Source: Callorhinchus milii
Lineage: Eukaryota
Direction of reading: 5' to 3'
NCBI RefSeq assembly: GCF_018977255.1
Contig: NW_024704743.1
Coordinates: forward strand, 48,610,001-48,674,000
DNA: 64,000 nucleotides
Shown piece after piece: positions 25,891 to 39,772 of this stretch; position 1 is the stretch's first letter; each line of letters begins with the position of its first letter. Position numbers and translations under genes: made by a program. Under the pieces are notes generated by a model. It did no database searches and was not told the origin of the DNA. It saw only the letters and a list, made by a program, of their open reading frames with translations.

Positions 25891-28800
25891 CATAACATAA
25901 CATGTAGGAGCAGGAGTAGGCCATTCGGCCCTTCGAGCCTGCCCCGCCATTCAATCATGGCTGAGCTTTTAATCTAACTCCAGCTAATAACCTGACCCTG
26001 CCTTATCCCCATATCCCTTAATCCCTTTAGCAGTAAGAAATTTATCTATCTCAGTCTTGAATATGTTCAAGGACTGAGCGTCAACAGCCCTTTGGGGTAG
26101 TGAGTTCCATACATTCACCACCCTTTGAGTGAAGAAGTTTGTCCTCAATTCAGTGCGAGAGGGCTGGCCTCTGATTTTAAGGTTGTGACCCCTGGTTTTA
26201 GTTTCTCCAACCAGGGGAAACAATCTCCCACTATCTACTCTATCATGCCCTTTGATGATCTTATAGGTTTCTATAAGATCCCCCCTTTAATTCTTCTATA
26301 TTCTAGAGAATATAGGCCCAAATTGGTCAGCCTATCCTCGTAACTCATCCCCTTCAGCCCTGGTACTTACCCAGTAAATCTACGCTGCACCCACTCCAAG
26401 GCAAGTACGTCCTTCCTTAAATGAGGAGACCAAAACTGGACACAGTATTCCAGGTGTGGTCTCACCAGGGCCCTATACAGTTGCAGCAAGACTTCCCTAC
26501 TCTTATACTCTAATCCTTTCATAATGAATGCTAACATACCGTTCACCTTCCTAATTGCTGCTGCACCTGCAGACTAACTTTCTGTGATTGGTGTACAAGG
26601 ACACCCAAGTCCCTCTGGACACTAACACATTCCAATCTCTCCCCTTCTAAAAAATAACCCGCTCTACTGTTTTTGCTACCTAGGTGGATGACTTCGCACT
26701 TCCCTACATTATACTTCATCTGCCACCTACCTGCCCAATCACCTAACCTATCTATGTCTCGCTGCATTTTTTTAATGTCGTCCTCTGTGTTGGCACTTCC
26801 TCCTAGTTTTGTGTCATCCGTGAATTTAGATATATTAACTTCGATGTCCTCATCTAGATCGTTGATGTAGATGGTAAATAGCTGAGGCCCAAGGACTGAT
26901 CCTTGTGGCACTCCACTAGTCACATCCCGCCAATCTGAAAAGGACCCGTTTATCCCTACTCTTTGTTTCCTACCCGTTAACCATTCCCCAATCCACGTTA
27001 ATATGCTCCCCCAATTCCATGGGCCCTTATCTTTTGGACTAACCTTTTATGCGGCACCTTATCGAATGCCTTCTGGAAGTCCAAATAGACCACATCCACT
27101 GATTCACCCTTATCTAGTTTACTGGAAATGTCCTCAAAAAACTCTGAGATTTGTCAAACATGACTTCCCTTTTGTAAAGCCATGTTGACTTGGCCTAATT
27201 ATATTGTGCTTCCCTAAATACCGCACTACCACATCCTTAATCAATGATTCTAAAATTTTTCCTATCACTGATGTGAGACTAACTGGCCTATAGTTCCCCA
27301 TCTTTTCCTTTCCACCTTTTTTAAATAGTGGTGTGACATTTGCGATCTTCCAATCCATGGGGACTGTTCCAGAATCCAAGGAATTTTGGAAGATCAGACA
27401 TAAGGCCTCCACTATCTCATAAGCTACCTCTTTTAAAACCCTGGGATGCAAGACATCTGGACCAGGGGATTTGTCATTTTTTAATGCTAACAGTTTCCCT
27501 AACGCCAATTCTCTACTAATGAAAATTTCCTTAAGTTGCTCCCTGTCCTTATCCCTTTGGTGCATCTCTATTGTTGTCAGAGTTGTTGTGTCTTCTAGGG
27601 TGAAGACAGATGCAAGATCCTAACCCTAACCCTACGTCTCTGACTGTAGTGGACCTACATTTACCCTCACTAGCCTATTCCTCTTAATATATTTGTAAAA
27701 ACTTTTACAATCAGACTTAATGTTCCTAACTAGCTTACCCTCATACTCCTTTTTCTCGCTCTTAATGAGTTTTTTAGTTTTATTTTGCTGGTTTCTAAAA
27801 CTCTCCCAATCTTCAGATTTGCTGCTTTTCTTGGCAGTTTTATAAGCCTTTTCTTTTAATTTGATGCTTTCCCTAACTGCTCTAGTTAGCCACGGATGAA
27901 TTGCTTTCCCTGTGGTACTCTTATTCCGCAAGGGAATATGCGACTGCTGAGAATTTTGCACTACATCCTTAAATATTTGCCACTGTTGGTCTACATTTTT
28001 ACCTCTTAATCTTATTCTCCAGTCTATTTTACCTAAATCTTTCCTCATACCTACAAAATTAGCCCTATTTAAATTCAGAATACTTGCCTCGGATTTAACT
28101 ATATCCCTCTCTAACTTAATGCAGAATTCAATCATATTGTGATCACTCTGCCCTAGAGGATTCTTAATACCTACACTGCCAACTAGCCCTGTTTCGTTAC
28201 ACAAAACAAAGTCTAGGATGGCCTGTCCCCTAGTTGGCTCCTCGGCATGCTGCTCTAGAAAGTTATCTCTCATACACTCAAAGAACTCTTCTTCTGACCT
28301 ACTTTTGCCGATTTGGTTTTCCCAATCTATGTGGAGATTGAAATCACCCACTATTATCACTTTACCTTTCCTACATGCTCCACTGATTTCTTGTGCTATA
28401 TTATGATCGCTGTTTGGGGGTCTATAAACCACTTCCATTAATATTTTCTGCCCTTTATTATTTTTTATTTCCACCCATATTGTCTCAACCTCCTGGTCAT
28501 CGGATTTCAGATCCTTCCTCTCCACTGTTTTTATTTTATCCCTAATTAACAGGGCTACCTCCCCACCTCTTTTCCCACAGTGCCTATCTTTCCTGTAAAC
28601 TGAGAACCCTGGCATATTTAACTCCCACCCTAGATCTCCTTGTAACCATGTTTCAGTGATGGCTATTAGATCGTACCTATATGTGGAGTTCTGTAGCTCA
28701 GTGGTTAGAGCACTCGCTTTGCAAGTGAGAGACCTGAGTTCAATTCCAGGCACAGGGCGAAACCTTGGGCACGTTTCCTTACTCCACACACCTAATAATA

Positions 28801-29195
28801 ATCCCTCCAAAAAACAAAACAATAATAAATTGGTCATTTTCAATCCATGACTGTTTGTGGGACAATGCTGTGCGCAATTGGCTGCCGCGTTCGTTCACAA
28901 ATATACAGTCAATTCACTTTACGGTATATTCTGTTAAGCGCTTTGGGACGTCTAGAAGACATGAAAACGCTATATCAAATGCAAGGATTATTATTACTAT
29001 TATTAATGTGTCTATCTGTGCTTTTAGTTCATCAGTTTTATTCTGAATGCTTCGCGCATTCAGATATAACATTTTTAATTTCCTACCATTTCCTCTACTC
29101 TCTGATTCCTTATCGAGTTTGCCAAGCTTCTTACCCCGAGTTAACATATTCCTTTTATCTGGCATGCTATTCTGCACTGTCATCTTTACTTTTTC
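25891..29195 (-). mobile_element. CR1 LINE, 5'-truncated, with almost complete but frameshifted ORF2 (APE endonuclease + RT)
   Basis: LYLNARSI, IAITETWL, VGDFN and SDHN (endonuclease); KSPGPD, NYRPVSLTS, GVPQGSVLGP and FTDD (RT); 3' tail GGGCCGAATGGCCTACTCCTG..(TTATG)n. Interrupted by a SINE at 28685. Confidence 0.95.
28685..29005 (+). mobile_element. Young tRNA-derived SINE inserted in the CR1 endonuclease domain
   Basis: Full head and tail; it splits CR1 AQIDT|YRYDLIAITETWL; apparent ATGT target duplication. Confidence 0.93.
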
Positions 29196-29418
29196 TAATG
29201 CTAATTAGCATTAGAGAAAAAATAATGCTAATCCCAACTGGATAGCCATCAGTTGGGCACTGAATCAACTTCACCCCTCCAGCCTCTTCACTCCCCCCCA
29301 CTCCCCAGTGCAAGGTTACACAATGTGCCAAATGCATGGATGAAATATTGAAAGAGGTACCAAAATGATTCAATGCTTATTCAAATAGTCAAACCTGTGT
29401 GGAGTCCTGTGGAGTCGT

Positions 29419-29734
29419 GGAGTCCTGTGGCTCAGTGGTTAGAGCACTCGCTTTGCAAGCGAGAGACCTGAGTTCAATTCCAGGCAGGGCGAAACCTTGG
29501 GCAAGTTTCCTTACTCCACACGCCTAATAATAATCCTTCCAAAACTAAAAACAATAATAAATTGGTCACTTTCAATCTACGACTGTTTGTGGGACATTGC
29601 TGTGCGCAATTGGCTGCTGCGTTTGCCCACAAATATACAGTCAATTCACTTTACAGTGTATTCTGTGAAGCGCTTTGGGACGTCCTCCCGACATGAAAAG
29701 CGCTATATCAAATGCAAGGATTATTATTATTATT
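29419..29734 (+). mobile_element. Young tRNA-derived SINE (short subfamily)
   Basis: Near-identical to the copies at 32580, 37500 and 45366; tRNA-Ala(TGC)-like head; L2-type tail. Confidence 0.93.
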
Positions 29735-30485
29735 AACAACCTCTCAGGAGATTGGGCCAAAATGGCCTTTATATAAGGGTGGCCTCAGAATAAGGGCCTA
29801 TTAGTGTGTGAACCAGGCTGTTCCAGGTGGTTAACAGAGGGTGGTTGTTGGAACAGGTTTCATTCTACTTTGCTTAATTTCTCCTATAATATGTGAAAGA
29901 ATGAAACCAAGATATGAATGTCGGTAAGAGTTTCCCTTATCACTGGAAGAACTAAAATCGAGGTTATGAATAAACAGTCTCAACTCTCCCGAACTGCACA
30001 GTCTCCTCCAAGTGTTCTCCTGTCCATACGCTTTTATCCTATTTCTCATTCCCTTCGTCTCATTCTCATTCCCTTGGTGGCTGAGCCTTCAGCCTCTGGA
30101 AACCTTTTAAACTCCTTACCTTGCTTCTTTTCATTCACCTTGAAAGCACTCCTAAAAACACATTTAGATTTGGTTTTGATCAACACGCTCCCTTCTTTCT
30201 TTGTGTTCCATAGTCCATCATATTTGTTAAGCATGTTGAAACACTCATTCGACATGAAAGGAACTATAGAAGTGTAAATGGTTGTAAATTTATTTTATCT
30301 ATATACAAACCATTCTGATTAGCAAGACACTGGATGTTTCTCTTTTTCAGAAAGTTTCTCTTTTTGAGAAAGTATGATATTTAGGCATTTGTAAAAGTCA
30401 CTGTGCTTTTGTGACTGGGGATGTGGTGGCCATCTGCTGAAAAGTGCAGGTGCAAATAGATGAAAGCTTTGCTTTTGATCAACAT

Positions 30486-30830
30486 GTCCTGTAGCTTAGT
30501 GGTTAGAGCACTCGCCTAGCAAGCGAAAAATCAAAAATCAATTTGCGGGGGCGCAAATTTGGGCAAGTTTCCTTACTCCATACATCTCTGTTTACTTAGC
30601 ATTGAGTTGGAACCAGGTTGTTAGTCGATCGGTGGATCGCTTTTCCAGGGGTAATAATTCCTTTAAAAAANTTGGTCACTCAATTCACGATTGTTTGTAG
30701 GACACTGCTGTGAGCAATTGGCTGCCCACAAAATATACAGTTAATTCACTTTACAGTATATTCTGTGAAGCGCTTTGAGACGTCTTGATGACATGATAAA
30801 GCGCTATATCAAATGCAAGGATTATTATTA
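30486..30830 (+). mobile_element. tRNA-derived SINE (long subfamily)
   Basis: Same head and tail plus an extra ~60-bp central segment. Confidence 0.88.
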
Positions 30831-32579
30831 ATAAAACGGTCTCCCCATTATTGTCAACACTCACCATCTAGGCTCACACTAGATTCCTGGACAAGTTGGC
30901 TGCTATAAAAATAATTAAGATTATATTCAGAAAAGCAGATAATGCTTGAAACTAACATTACAAGACATCCTGTAGGTAATATAGTAATAATATAGTTTTC
31001 TGTTAGCTATGAAATGACCATAGTAACTAATTGTCAGTTTGAAGTCTAAATCTATCCATTGATTCACAGAGATAGGAATACATTAAGAGTTGATGGCTTT
31101 CGAGCTCAGAAGAGAAAACATTCCGTGTTGTGTTAGGGAATTACAGATAAGGCAGTACCAGTTTTCTTCCCTGGTCTTTTCCATGTCTGCTGATCCCAGC
31201 GGGGGTAGGGACCCCAGACATAGAAGGATGAGGAGCTAAAGGTGTCCTCAATGTTCTAGGTTAGGGAGGGAAAAATCTGCCACAGTTCTTTCCAGCAGAA
31301 ATTTGATTCCTCATGGAAACCCGTCATCTTTGAAGTGTTTCCCGAGAACTATGTAATTAAAGTATAGCACATCATTGCCTCCATGCTACCATTTTGAAAG
31401 AGCAATCCATTCAGTCCCATTTCCCTAACTTTTCCTCATAGGCGTGTAAATTATTCCTTTTTAGATTTTGGATCCTGCTTTGACTACCACATCCGCTAGA
31501 GCATTCCACATCCTCTCTCGGTGTAAAGAAAACTTCCCCTTAATTGTCCCCTTTGCTTCGTCGGTAACAGTCTTAAAATTGTTTTCCTCTAGTCATATAC
31601 TCATTAGCCAGTGGAAATAATTTCTTCCCATCCACTCTATTAAAATCCCTCATATCAGACCTGTCTTCAACTTCTCTGTTCCAATGAAAATAGGCACAGT
31701 TATCTTTGTCTCTGCTCGTAAGAATGTTTTAGGTTTGACTATGTTTCAGGACAGGTTTGGGCCTATAGTTTAGTTCTCTTTTATTGTGGTTCAGACTCTA
31801 GAAACCACATCATCTTAAGTATATGTGAGTTGCTGAAATTACACATTATTTTTGCTGACAATTGGATAGAACAGAAATCTCATTATTTATAACATACACT
31901 TGGCAGGAAATGTTATGAATATTAAGCTACCTACTATCACTTAGAATTTATTTTGAAAATTACAGCAGAGAAGAGACCATTTGGCCCATTGTGTAAAGAC
32001 TTAGAAGACAAAAAACCTTAAGAGTGGATTTACATATGGAGTAGCTTCTGATACGTTCCAAATGAATTTCCGAAATGCATTCGGAACGGAATAAAGCAGC
32101 TATGGTACCAGCTGCTAGTTTAACTCAGATCCTGTCACTCTCAAACTCTGTGTCAGAAGCTTCTGACAATACAATGTGAGCCAAAATCTTGTGGTTAACA
32201 CTCCAGTGTAGAAGACAGAGAGTCCTCTAGATGGGGTGTTGCATTGTTGACTGTGCCATCATTTTGGATGTGATTAAACTGAGATCCCATCTGATTGTTA
32301 CAGTAGTTTAGGTACATATTAAGGTCTCATCACATAATTTAAGAGCGCGAGTTTTCCCCAGTGACTTGACCAATATTTCTCCCTTATCCAAATTCACAAC
32401 TGGAGAAACTCAACATACCTTTCATTGCTGTTGAATATTAGCTTCTACATCAATCAACATTTCAAAAACTCACTCTTTCAAAGGCTAAGACAGAAAAGAA
32501 AGGTCTTGAAGGCATTTGGGGTTAAAGCAGGGCAGTGGCATTACAGCAATATCCTTGCTGTGAGCCAGCGAGGCTTAAA

Positions 32580-32890
32580 TAAAAATAATCCTTGCATTTG
32601 ATATAGCGCTTTTCACGTCGGAAGGACGTCCCAAAGCGCTTCACAGAACACACTGTAAAGTGAATTGACTGTAAATTTGTGGGCGAACGCGGCAGCCAAT
32701 TGCGCACAGCAATGTCCCACAAACAGTCGTAGATTGAAAATGACCAATTTATTATTGGTTTTGGTTTTGGAGGGATTATTATTAGGCGTGTGGAGTAAGG
32801 AAACTTGCCCAAGGTTTCGCCCTGCCTGGAATTGAACTCAGGTCTCTCGCTTGCAAAGCAAGTGCTCTAACCACTGAGCTACAGGACTCC
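32580..32890 (-). mobile_element. Young tRNA-derived SINE (short subfamily)
   Basis: Reverse-complement match to 29419-29734. Confidence 0.93.
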
Positions 32891-34814
32891 ACTCCACAGG
32901 CTTGATGGGCTTAATGGTCTCCTTCAACACCGTAGATTTCTAAATTTCTAACTTTGTGATGTACTTCGAGACATTAACACAAGAGACAATATAAAACAAA
33001 AATATTTTTGCCATTCCAGTTAATTCCAGCACAGTATTTGGGGCATTTATAGTTTCAGGAATACTGATGTGCAGAATTTGTTGTGGTTGCTACACCCAAT
33101 GTTTGTGTGGTTGGCTGTAGGGCATGTTTCACATTTCAGATTATATTTGAGAAAATCCTCGTTTTTAAATAGGGGGAAAGAGGTGGGCTTAACTAACCAC
33201 AAAGATTTCCCAAGAAGGAAACCTTTTCTTTAAAAAAAATTCAATTTGCTCCTTCCTACGACTAAAATTATCCTCCACTACCAAAGGCATCGATTCATAT
33301 TGCATACAGCTCAACAGATAGTAGCAGCCCTCGAGCATTCAAATAGATAATTAAGCATCAGGAAAGCACTGAAGAGAATAGTCACACTGGAACCAAATCT
33401 ATTCTCACAGTATTCATACATACAACTTCATATCAGAAACATCAAGTGTGGCTTAATCTCCCCTCCATGTGCAGAGATTCCAAGGGTTTTAGTCAGGAAG
33501 ACCTGGGTAAGATCAATAAGCTCAGCAAGAACTTGTATTTTTATAGCAAGTAATAATGTAAAAATTCCAAATGTCATTTGACTCCCTGAAAGGGCTCAGG
33601 ACTGCCATGTGAAATGGGGGCACCAATTTGTGGGAGTTCCAAAAAGCATAAAACATTTAAAAACTTTGTTGATCTGAACTCGACTATATCGGGTGGTAAA
33701 CAATGGAAGCTATTCATTGTGATGCTCAGGAAGTATTCACAGGGTACTTGGGAATTTTCCTGATTACTCCTGATCACTGCGGTAGCCAAGTGCAGCAGCC
33801 ATTTTGCATACAGAAAGGTCTCACAAACAGCCAAAAATGCAAAATACTGTTTAAACAATGGATATTTCTACAAGAAAAATTTAAATAATCTAAATGGCCA
33901 ACAAACCAGAGACATGCACTAAAAAATATATTTTATGTGTAACACGTTGCAGTGCATTCAATTTCCACAATACAAGGTAGATGGTTTCATTCTTTCAACA
34001 CCTTGGATGTTCTCCTGACATGAAAGGAGCTTTACAAATGTAATTTTTGTTGTTTGATGCCAACTGTACATGTGACTAAAACAAGGCTAGCTTTCTGAAA
34101 CAATTGATAAAGGGCCCAACACCTCACAGGTTTTACAAGTACCAAGCGTGAAGATGCAACTTGGTAAACTGATGACATTGATAGCAGTATACAAGTTAAA
34201 ACATACTGTTCTGGCTCAACTAGATAAAACTATTATTTCAAAATAGAACAATATACATTTCGTCCTTGATCTTGTTCTTTTGCAATCTCCTTTAGCTCTA
34301 TCCTCCTGCCTTCTGACAATGCTACTCCCTTACTTTCTCCATTGTTGCCTGAGCCTTCAAATAATATGCACTTGTCCTATGAAGTTCTTTTCCAGATCCA
34401 TCTGCTTTCTCACCACCTTCAAAGCTTTCAACCTGACCTTACTCCGCACCCTCATCTCCCCTCCTTGGCACTCACCCAGTGTGAAAGGTACTATACAAGT
34501 TGTTATATGACAGATGAGCTCAGTAGAGGTTGGACAATTAACATGCACTGAAACAGCAACTTATGAAGTACCTTTCACACAGTGTAGCGTCAGAACTGAA
34601 GGCAAGCCGGGGGAGGTGACCGTAATCACGGACGAAGAGGAAGGACTTCAGGCGTGATCTGAAAAAGAGGGAGGAGGGGGCAAGGCAGAGGAATTGAGGG
34701 AGAGTTCCAAAGTTTTGGGGTGTAGTGGCTGAAAGCACGGCTGCAGATAGTGGAGTGGAGGGGATGAGCAGGAGGCTGCAGCCAGCCCACACAGAGGTGG
34801 CGGGTGGGGAGTGT

Positions 34815-35178
34815 CAGAGTCGTCCCTTTGTTTTCTATGCCTGTCTGTTGTTTAAAAAATGTTCTGTAAATTGTATGTGTTCGCTAAATGTATTAGCCAG
34901 TGTAAGTGTGGTTAGTATTTGGCGGGTAACTTACCATTCTAACATGCGATGCCAATCGGGGAAGTGTACTTGTCCCCTATTGGGCAACTGAGGGGAGGTT
35001 CTGATTGGACCATAAAAAAGGCACCAATTACATCAAGTATCTGGTGCAATACAATTCCCATTGGCTGCCCTAACTCAGGAAGGGGCTCACTGCCCATAAA
35101 AGAACAAGTGCCGCGTGCTCGTGGTCGCTATTTTTCTACCCAACAGGGTAGGATGACAACAAAAGGAACGTGTTCTGG
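34815..35178. mobile_element. Putative MITE with ~45-bp imperfect terminal inverted repeats
   Basis: CAGAGTCGTCCCTTTGTTTTCTATGCCTGTCTGTTG..AAAAAT resembles the reverse complement of ~35130-35178; no ORF. Confidence 0.5.
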
Positions 35179-35408
35179 CTATTGATGAGTAGTAGTCAGA
35201 GGTCGCTTCTTGGTGCACTTTACATTAACTTCATTACAAATGGCTGCTAGCATGTGTAGTTTAAGTGTGATAAATGTTTGTTAACTTATAGTTGTGTTTG
35301 TTGATATTTCACTTATTTATGACACCAGGTCACAGTATATTAAAGTACAAGTTAACTATAGTTAACCAGAAACTGGTTGACTTGATACTATGAAAATAAG
35401 GATACATT

Positions 35409-35433
35409 TTTATTCAAAAGACAAAGCTTTATT
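35409..35433 (-). terminator. Probable CBX3 polyadenylation signals
   Basis: Two minus-strand AATAAA (35409-35414, 35428-35433) about 1.15 kb past the stop, at the end of a repeat-free stretch consistent with the 3' UTR. Confidence 0.6.
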
Positions 35434-36575
35434 AAACATTTAACACTAAGTAACCGATTCAAATCACATCACCTCAACTGAAGAAATTGGGCAATACCAC
35501 CCGAGTAGTCAACAGAAAAATATTGTCCATCAAGTTTAAAGTCATAAATTAAATGAGTTCAGTTTTTGAACCAACCTGCGCATTGCAAAATGTCACAATT
35601 CTTTAATTTGAGGACACACCACCACACCAACTCAAGTTTATATCCCAAATTTTGCATTGAGTTGATCAGCTACCTCATCATCATACACAAGTTATTGTAA
35701 ATCAAGAGAGCAAACCCAGAACAGTTACAGCCTGCAATGTACAAATGACCATTATTGTCAAACGGCTTCTTAACAAACTAATCATGTACTTCAGATGAGT
35801 TCAGCAGTTGCATTGTATCAGGTGACTTAAGTCTGAAGCAGTTGATCAGTCAATTCCTTGGGTTGTTTGAAGCATTCAAAATCTGGTGAATAATAACTAC
35901 GAAAACAGTACTTTGCAAATCATATTTTTAAACTGCACATTTATGAAGTACAAACAGAATGCTACATTCCAAGTGACTGAAACTATGAATATTTGGCTAA
36001 CATATTTAAAAGCCAGAAACAATGAATCAAGTGCCAAGCCAAAACATGCTGCAAAAGGAATCAAATGGATAGTTTCTCCAGGCATTAAGTCATTGTGCTT
36101 CATTTTTCACTTGGAGCACAAAAAAACTCCCTAAGGTTTTCGGTTACAAAAACAGTCTAAGCAGACTGGGTTCAAAAGGGTGGCCTGAAAGCCAATCAGT
36201 GTGACAGCACAGACCAACCTTGCAGATCCTTCCAAGTTTTTTATATAAAAAAGCCTGACATGCAAACATTTTACTGGTCAATAACAAATAAACATATGAC
36301 TCAGCTCTACCATCAATGAAAAGAACCAAAAAGCAGATTTGATATGGACAGATTTAATCAATATCCCAAAAGTAAAGCAACAGAAGGGTTCTAGTCTCTC
36401 AATGCATAAAGCATTCAGTTGAAGTTTGCCCCTGATGTCCATTCGTATTAAAAAAGAAACGGATGACAAAGTTATTTCTAGCACAACTTTCTAAACCAAC
36501 AATAACAGTGCTTCTGAACATAAATGTGCTGCAACTTTCCCCTATCACACTCTCCACATTTACAGCAAACAATAG

Positions 36576-37330
<755 letters not shown>

Positions 37331-37499
37331 AGAAAACTGTTGTCCCTATCCAGGTGTGTGGAGGCCAATTAACAGCACGGACTGGGTTTAAACCAAGGAC
37401 CTTCCAAGCCCATATGTATCAATTCTACACAAGTAGCTTCATCAACTGAGCCATTGGCTTCATGGTATCAATGGTCATGTTTCTACTAGCTTCGGGTAT

Positions 37500-37827
37500 A
37501 ATAATAATAATAATAATAATCCTTGCATTTGATATAGCGCTTTTCACGTCGGGAGGACGTCCCAAAGCGCTTCACAGAACACACTGTAAAGTGAATTGAC
37601 TGTATATTTGTGGGCGAACGCGGCAGCCAATTGCGCACAGCAATGTCCCACAAACAGTCGTAGATTGAAAATGACCAATTTAATTATTGTTTTTAGTTTT
37701 GGAGGGATTATTATTAGGCTCTGTGTGGAGTAAGGAAACTTGCCCAAGGTTTCGCCCTCTGCCTGGAATTGAACTCAGGTCTCTCACTTGCAAAGCGAGT
37801 GCTCTAACCACTGAGCTACAGGACTCC
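37500..37827 (-). mobile_element. Young tRNA-derived SINE (short subfamily)
   Basis: Reverse-complement match to 29419-29734; (ATT)n tail. Confidence 0.93.
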
Positions 37828-39670
37828 ACAATAGTATAATAGAGGTATCCCATCACTTTCCAGATAAATATATTCTTCAAATTAGTTGAGTCTATGTGGA
37901 AATCATTGAAAAGTTAAATAGGATTGAAACAGCTCATCTCTTCATAGAAAAATAGTTCTTTAAGCATAGAGACTGGAGTAGGCAAATGCTGCAGCTAATT
38001 TGCACTAGTGATATCCGACTAACGGTAGATGAGATGACTAATGTGAGAAATGGCTGTGTCGTGCTACAAAATCTAGTAAAAACTTTGAAAATGAACTTTT
38101 CAATACTAATAAAACCCATTAAACCACAAATTAGACCATGTATAATTGGTGTCCTAGGCAGTACTAAGAGTTGTGAGCTGCACTTCTGACACCACCTGGA
38201 GGAGCAGACGAGGACTTGCAATTGGTTTCTTCAAACCTATTAAATTTTCCAGGGCTGCTGTACCCATAACATTACATGTGCTGAGCGTAGGAGGAGTGAA
38301 GATGTTAAGAATGCTATCCACTTGAATTCTGCAATCTGTGTTATCACAAAAAGTGGATCTAGCTAAACCTTTCAGTCACTTATGCCAGCAATCCAACGAA
38401 TACGTAGAGAGCTGAGGCATGGGAAAATATCATTTTGTACACACAATTCGAGGCACACAAGTCAGCCTCTGCACAATCCCCAGGTACATATGCAGTGCAA
38501 ATCCAATTGGGAGGAACTGAAGCAACACAGCAAAGAGCTGATCGACTCCTCTCATTAAACTGCTTAATTACAGCTCAAATTTTGACCCTCGCATTTGTAT
38601 TGTAAGTCTTAAAACCAAAACTAATGTGCAATACAGGGAATCATTAAGAAAGAAATTCAGTCAAGAGAAAGATGTTTTAAACATTAATGGATCATAAAAT
38701 CCTAATCCTTATCAATCCAAAATAATAATCTTTGCATTTGATATAGCGCCTTATCTCGTCGTTGAGACTTCTCAAAGAGCTTCACAGAATATATTGTAAA
38801 GTGGATAGACTGTATATTTTTGGGCAAAATACAGCAGCCAATTGTGCACAGCAGTGTTCCACAAATAGGAAAATATTTATTCCCAGAGATTTAGGTGCAG
38901 GTTGGCAGTCGTCAAGTCTTGGAGGACCCCAGACTGTGCATTTGGGTACTTCAGGAGTATAACCAGCTAAGATGGTGCTCTGCAATAGATGGCTGCATCA
39001 ATCAGCTTCTGTTGTAAACTCAAGACTGATACCAGACTGGAGGTCCCAAGTAGGGAGTGGAATGAAAGGTAGGAGCGAAGATGAGTCGTAATAATGCATT
39101 CCAGGACTGCATAAGAAGGATCAGTTGGAGATGGGCTAGTAGTTGGAGAACTTGTAGGGATCGAGGTCAAATGTTTTTGAGAAGGGTGATTGCAGGGGTT
39201 TTGAATAGGAGGAGATCAGTGCCAGAGAGGGAGGTTGATTATGTTGACCACTCAAGCCATTAGGGCTTCAGCTTGCAGAGTTATTAAGAGCAGAGTTGTA
39301 TGATCCCATTCCCAGCAACTCATTTGATCTTCACATTCTACCAACAAGTCACGTTGGCTGGTCCCTCTTCTAGTTCCCTAGACCAGTGCAGACTAGCCTG
39401 GCAGAGGCATTGAACCACTGAGCCTGGCATAGGACTGACTGAATTATCATTTTCCATTATGACTTGTATTTTGGATCCAATTCAGACCCAAAGTCCTTAT
39501 TTATCTTCTCTTCCACCCCACCCCCACACATCCCTACATCTTTCTGACAGGTTAGTTAGTTGATTTATCAGAGAATAAAATCCATCAGAAATCATTTTCC
39601 AATGTTTCATATTAGCGCTGTATATTAACCCACATTGAAGCTCAATCATACTTTAGAAATGAAATTCTTA

Positions 39671-39772
<102 letters not shown>

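Noticed and set aside
27632..28843. 403-aa ORF with a signal-peptide-like N-terminus fused to an endonuclease
   Set aside because: Chance in-frame fusion of an antisense SINE to the CR1 endonuclease; no promoter or splice evidence.
29419..29495. tRNA-Ala-like sequences (also at 28685, 32815, 37750, 45615 and 24310)
   Set aside because: They are SINE heads attached to SINE bodies, without a proper acceptor stem or terminator.
29497..29736. Recurrent 'MGKFPYSTRLII..' ORFs suggesting a small gene family
   Set aside because: They are translations of the same non-coding SINE body and start at TTG.
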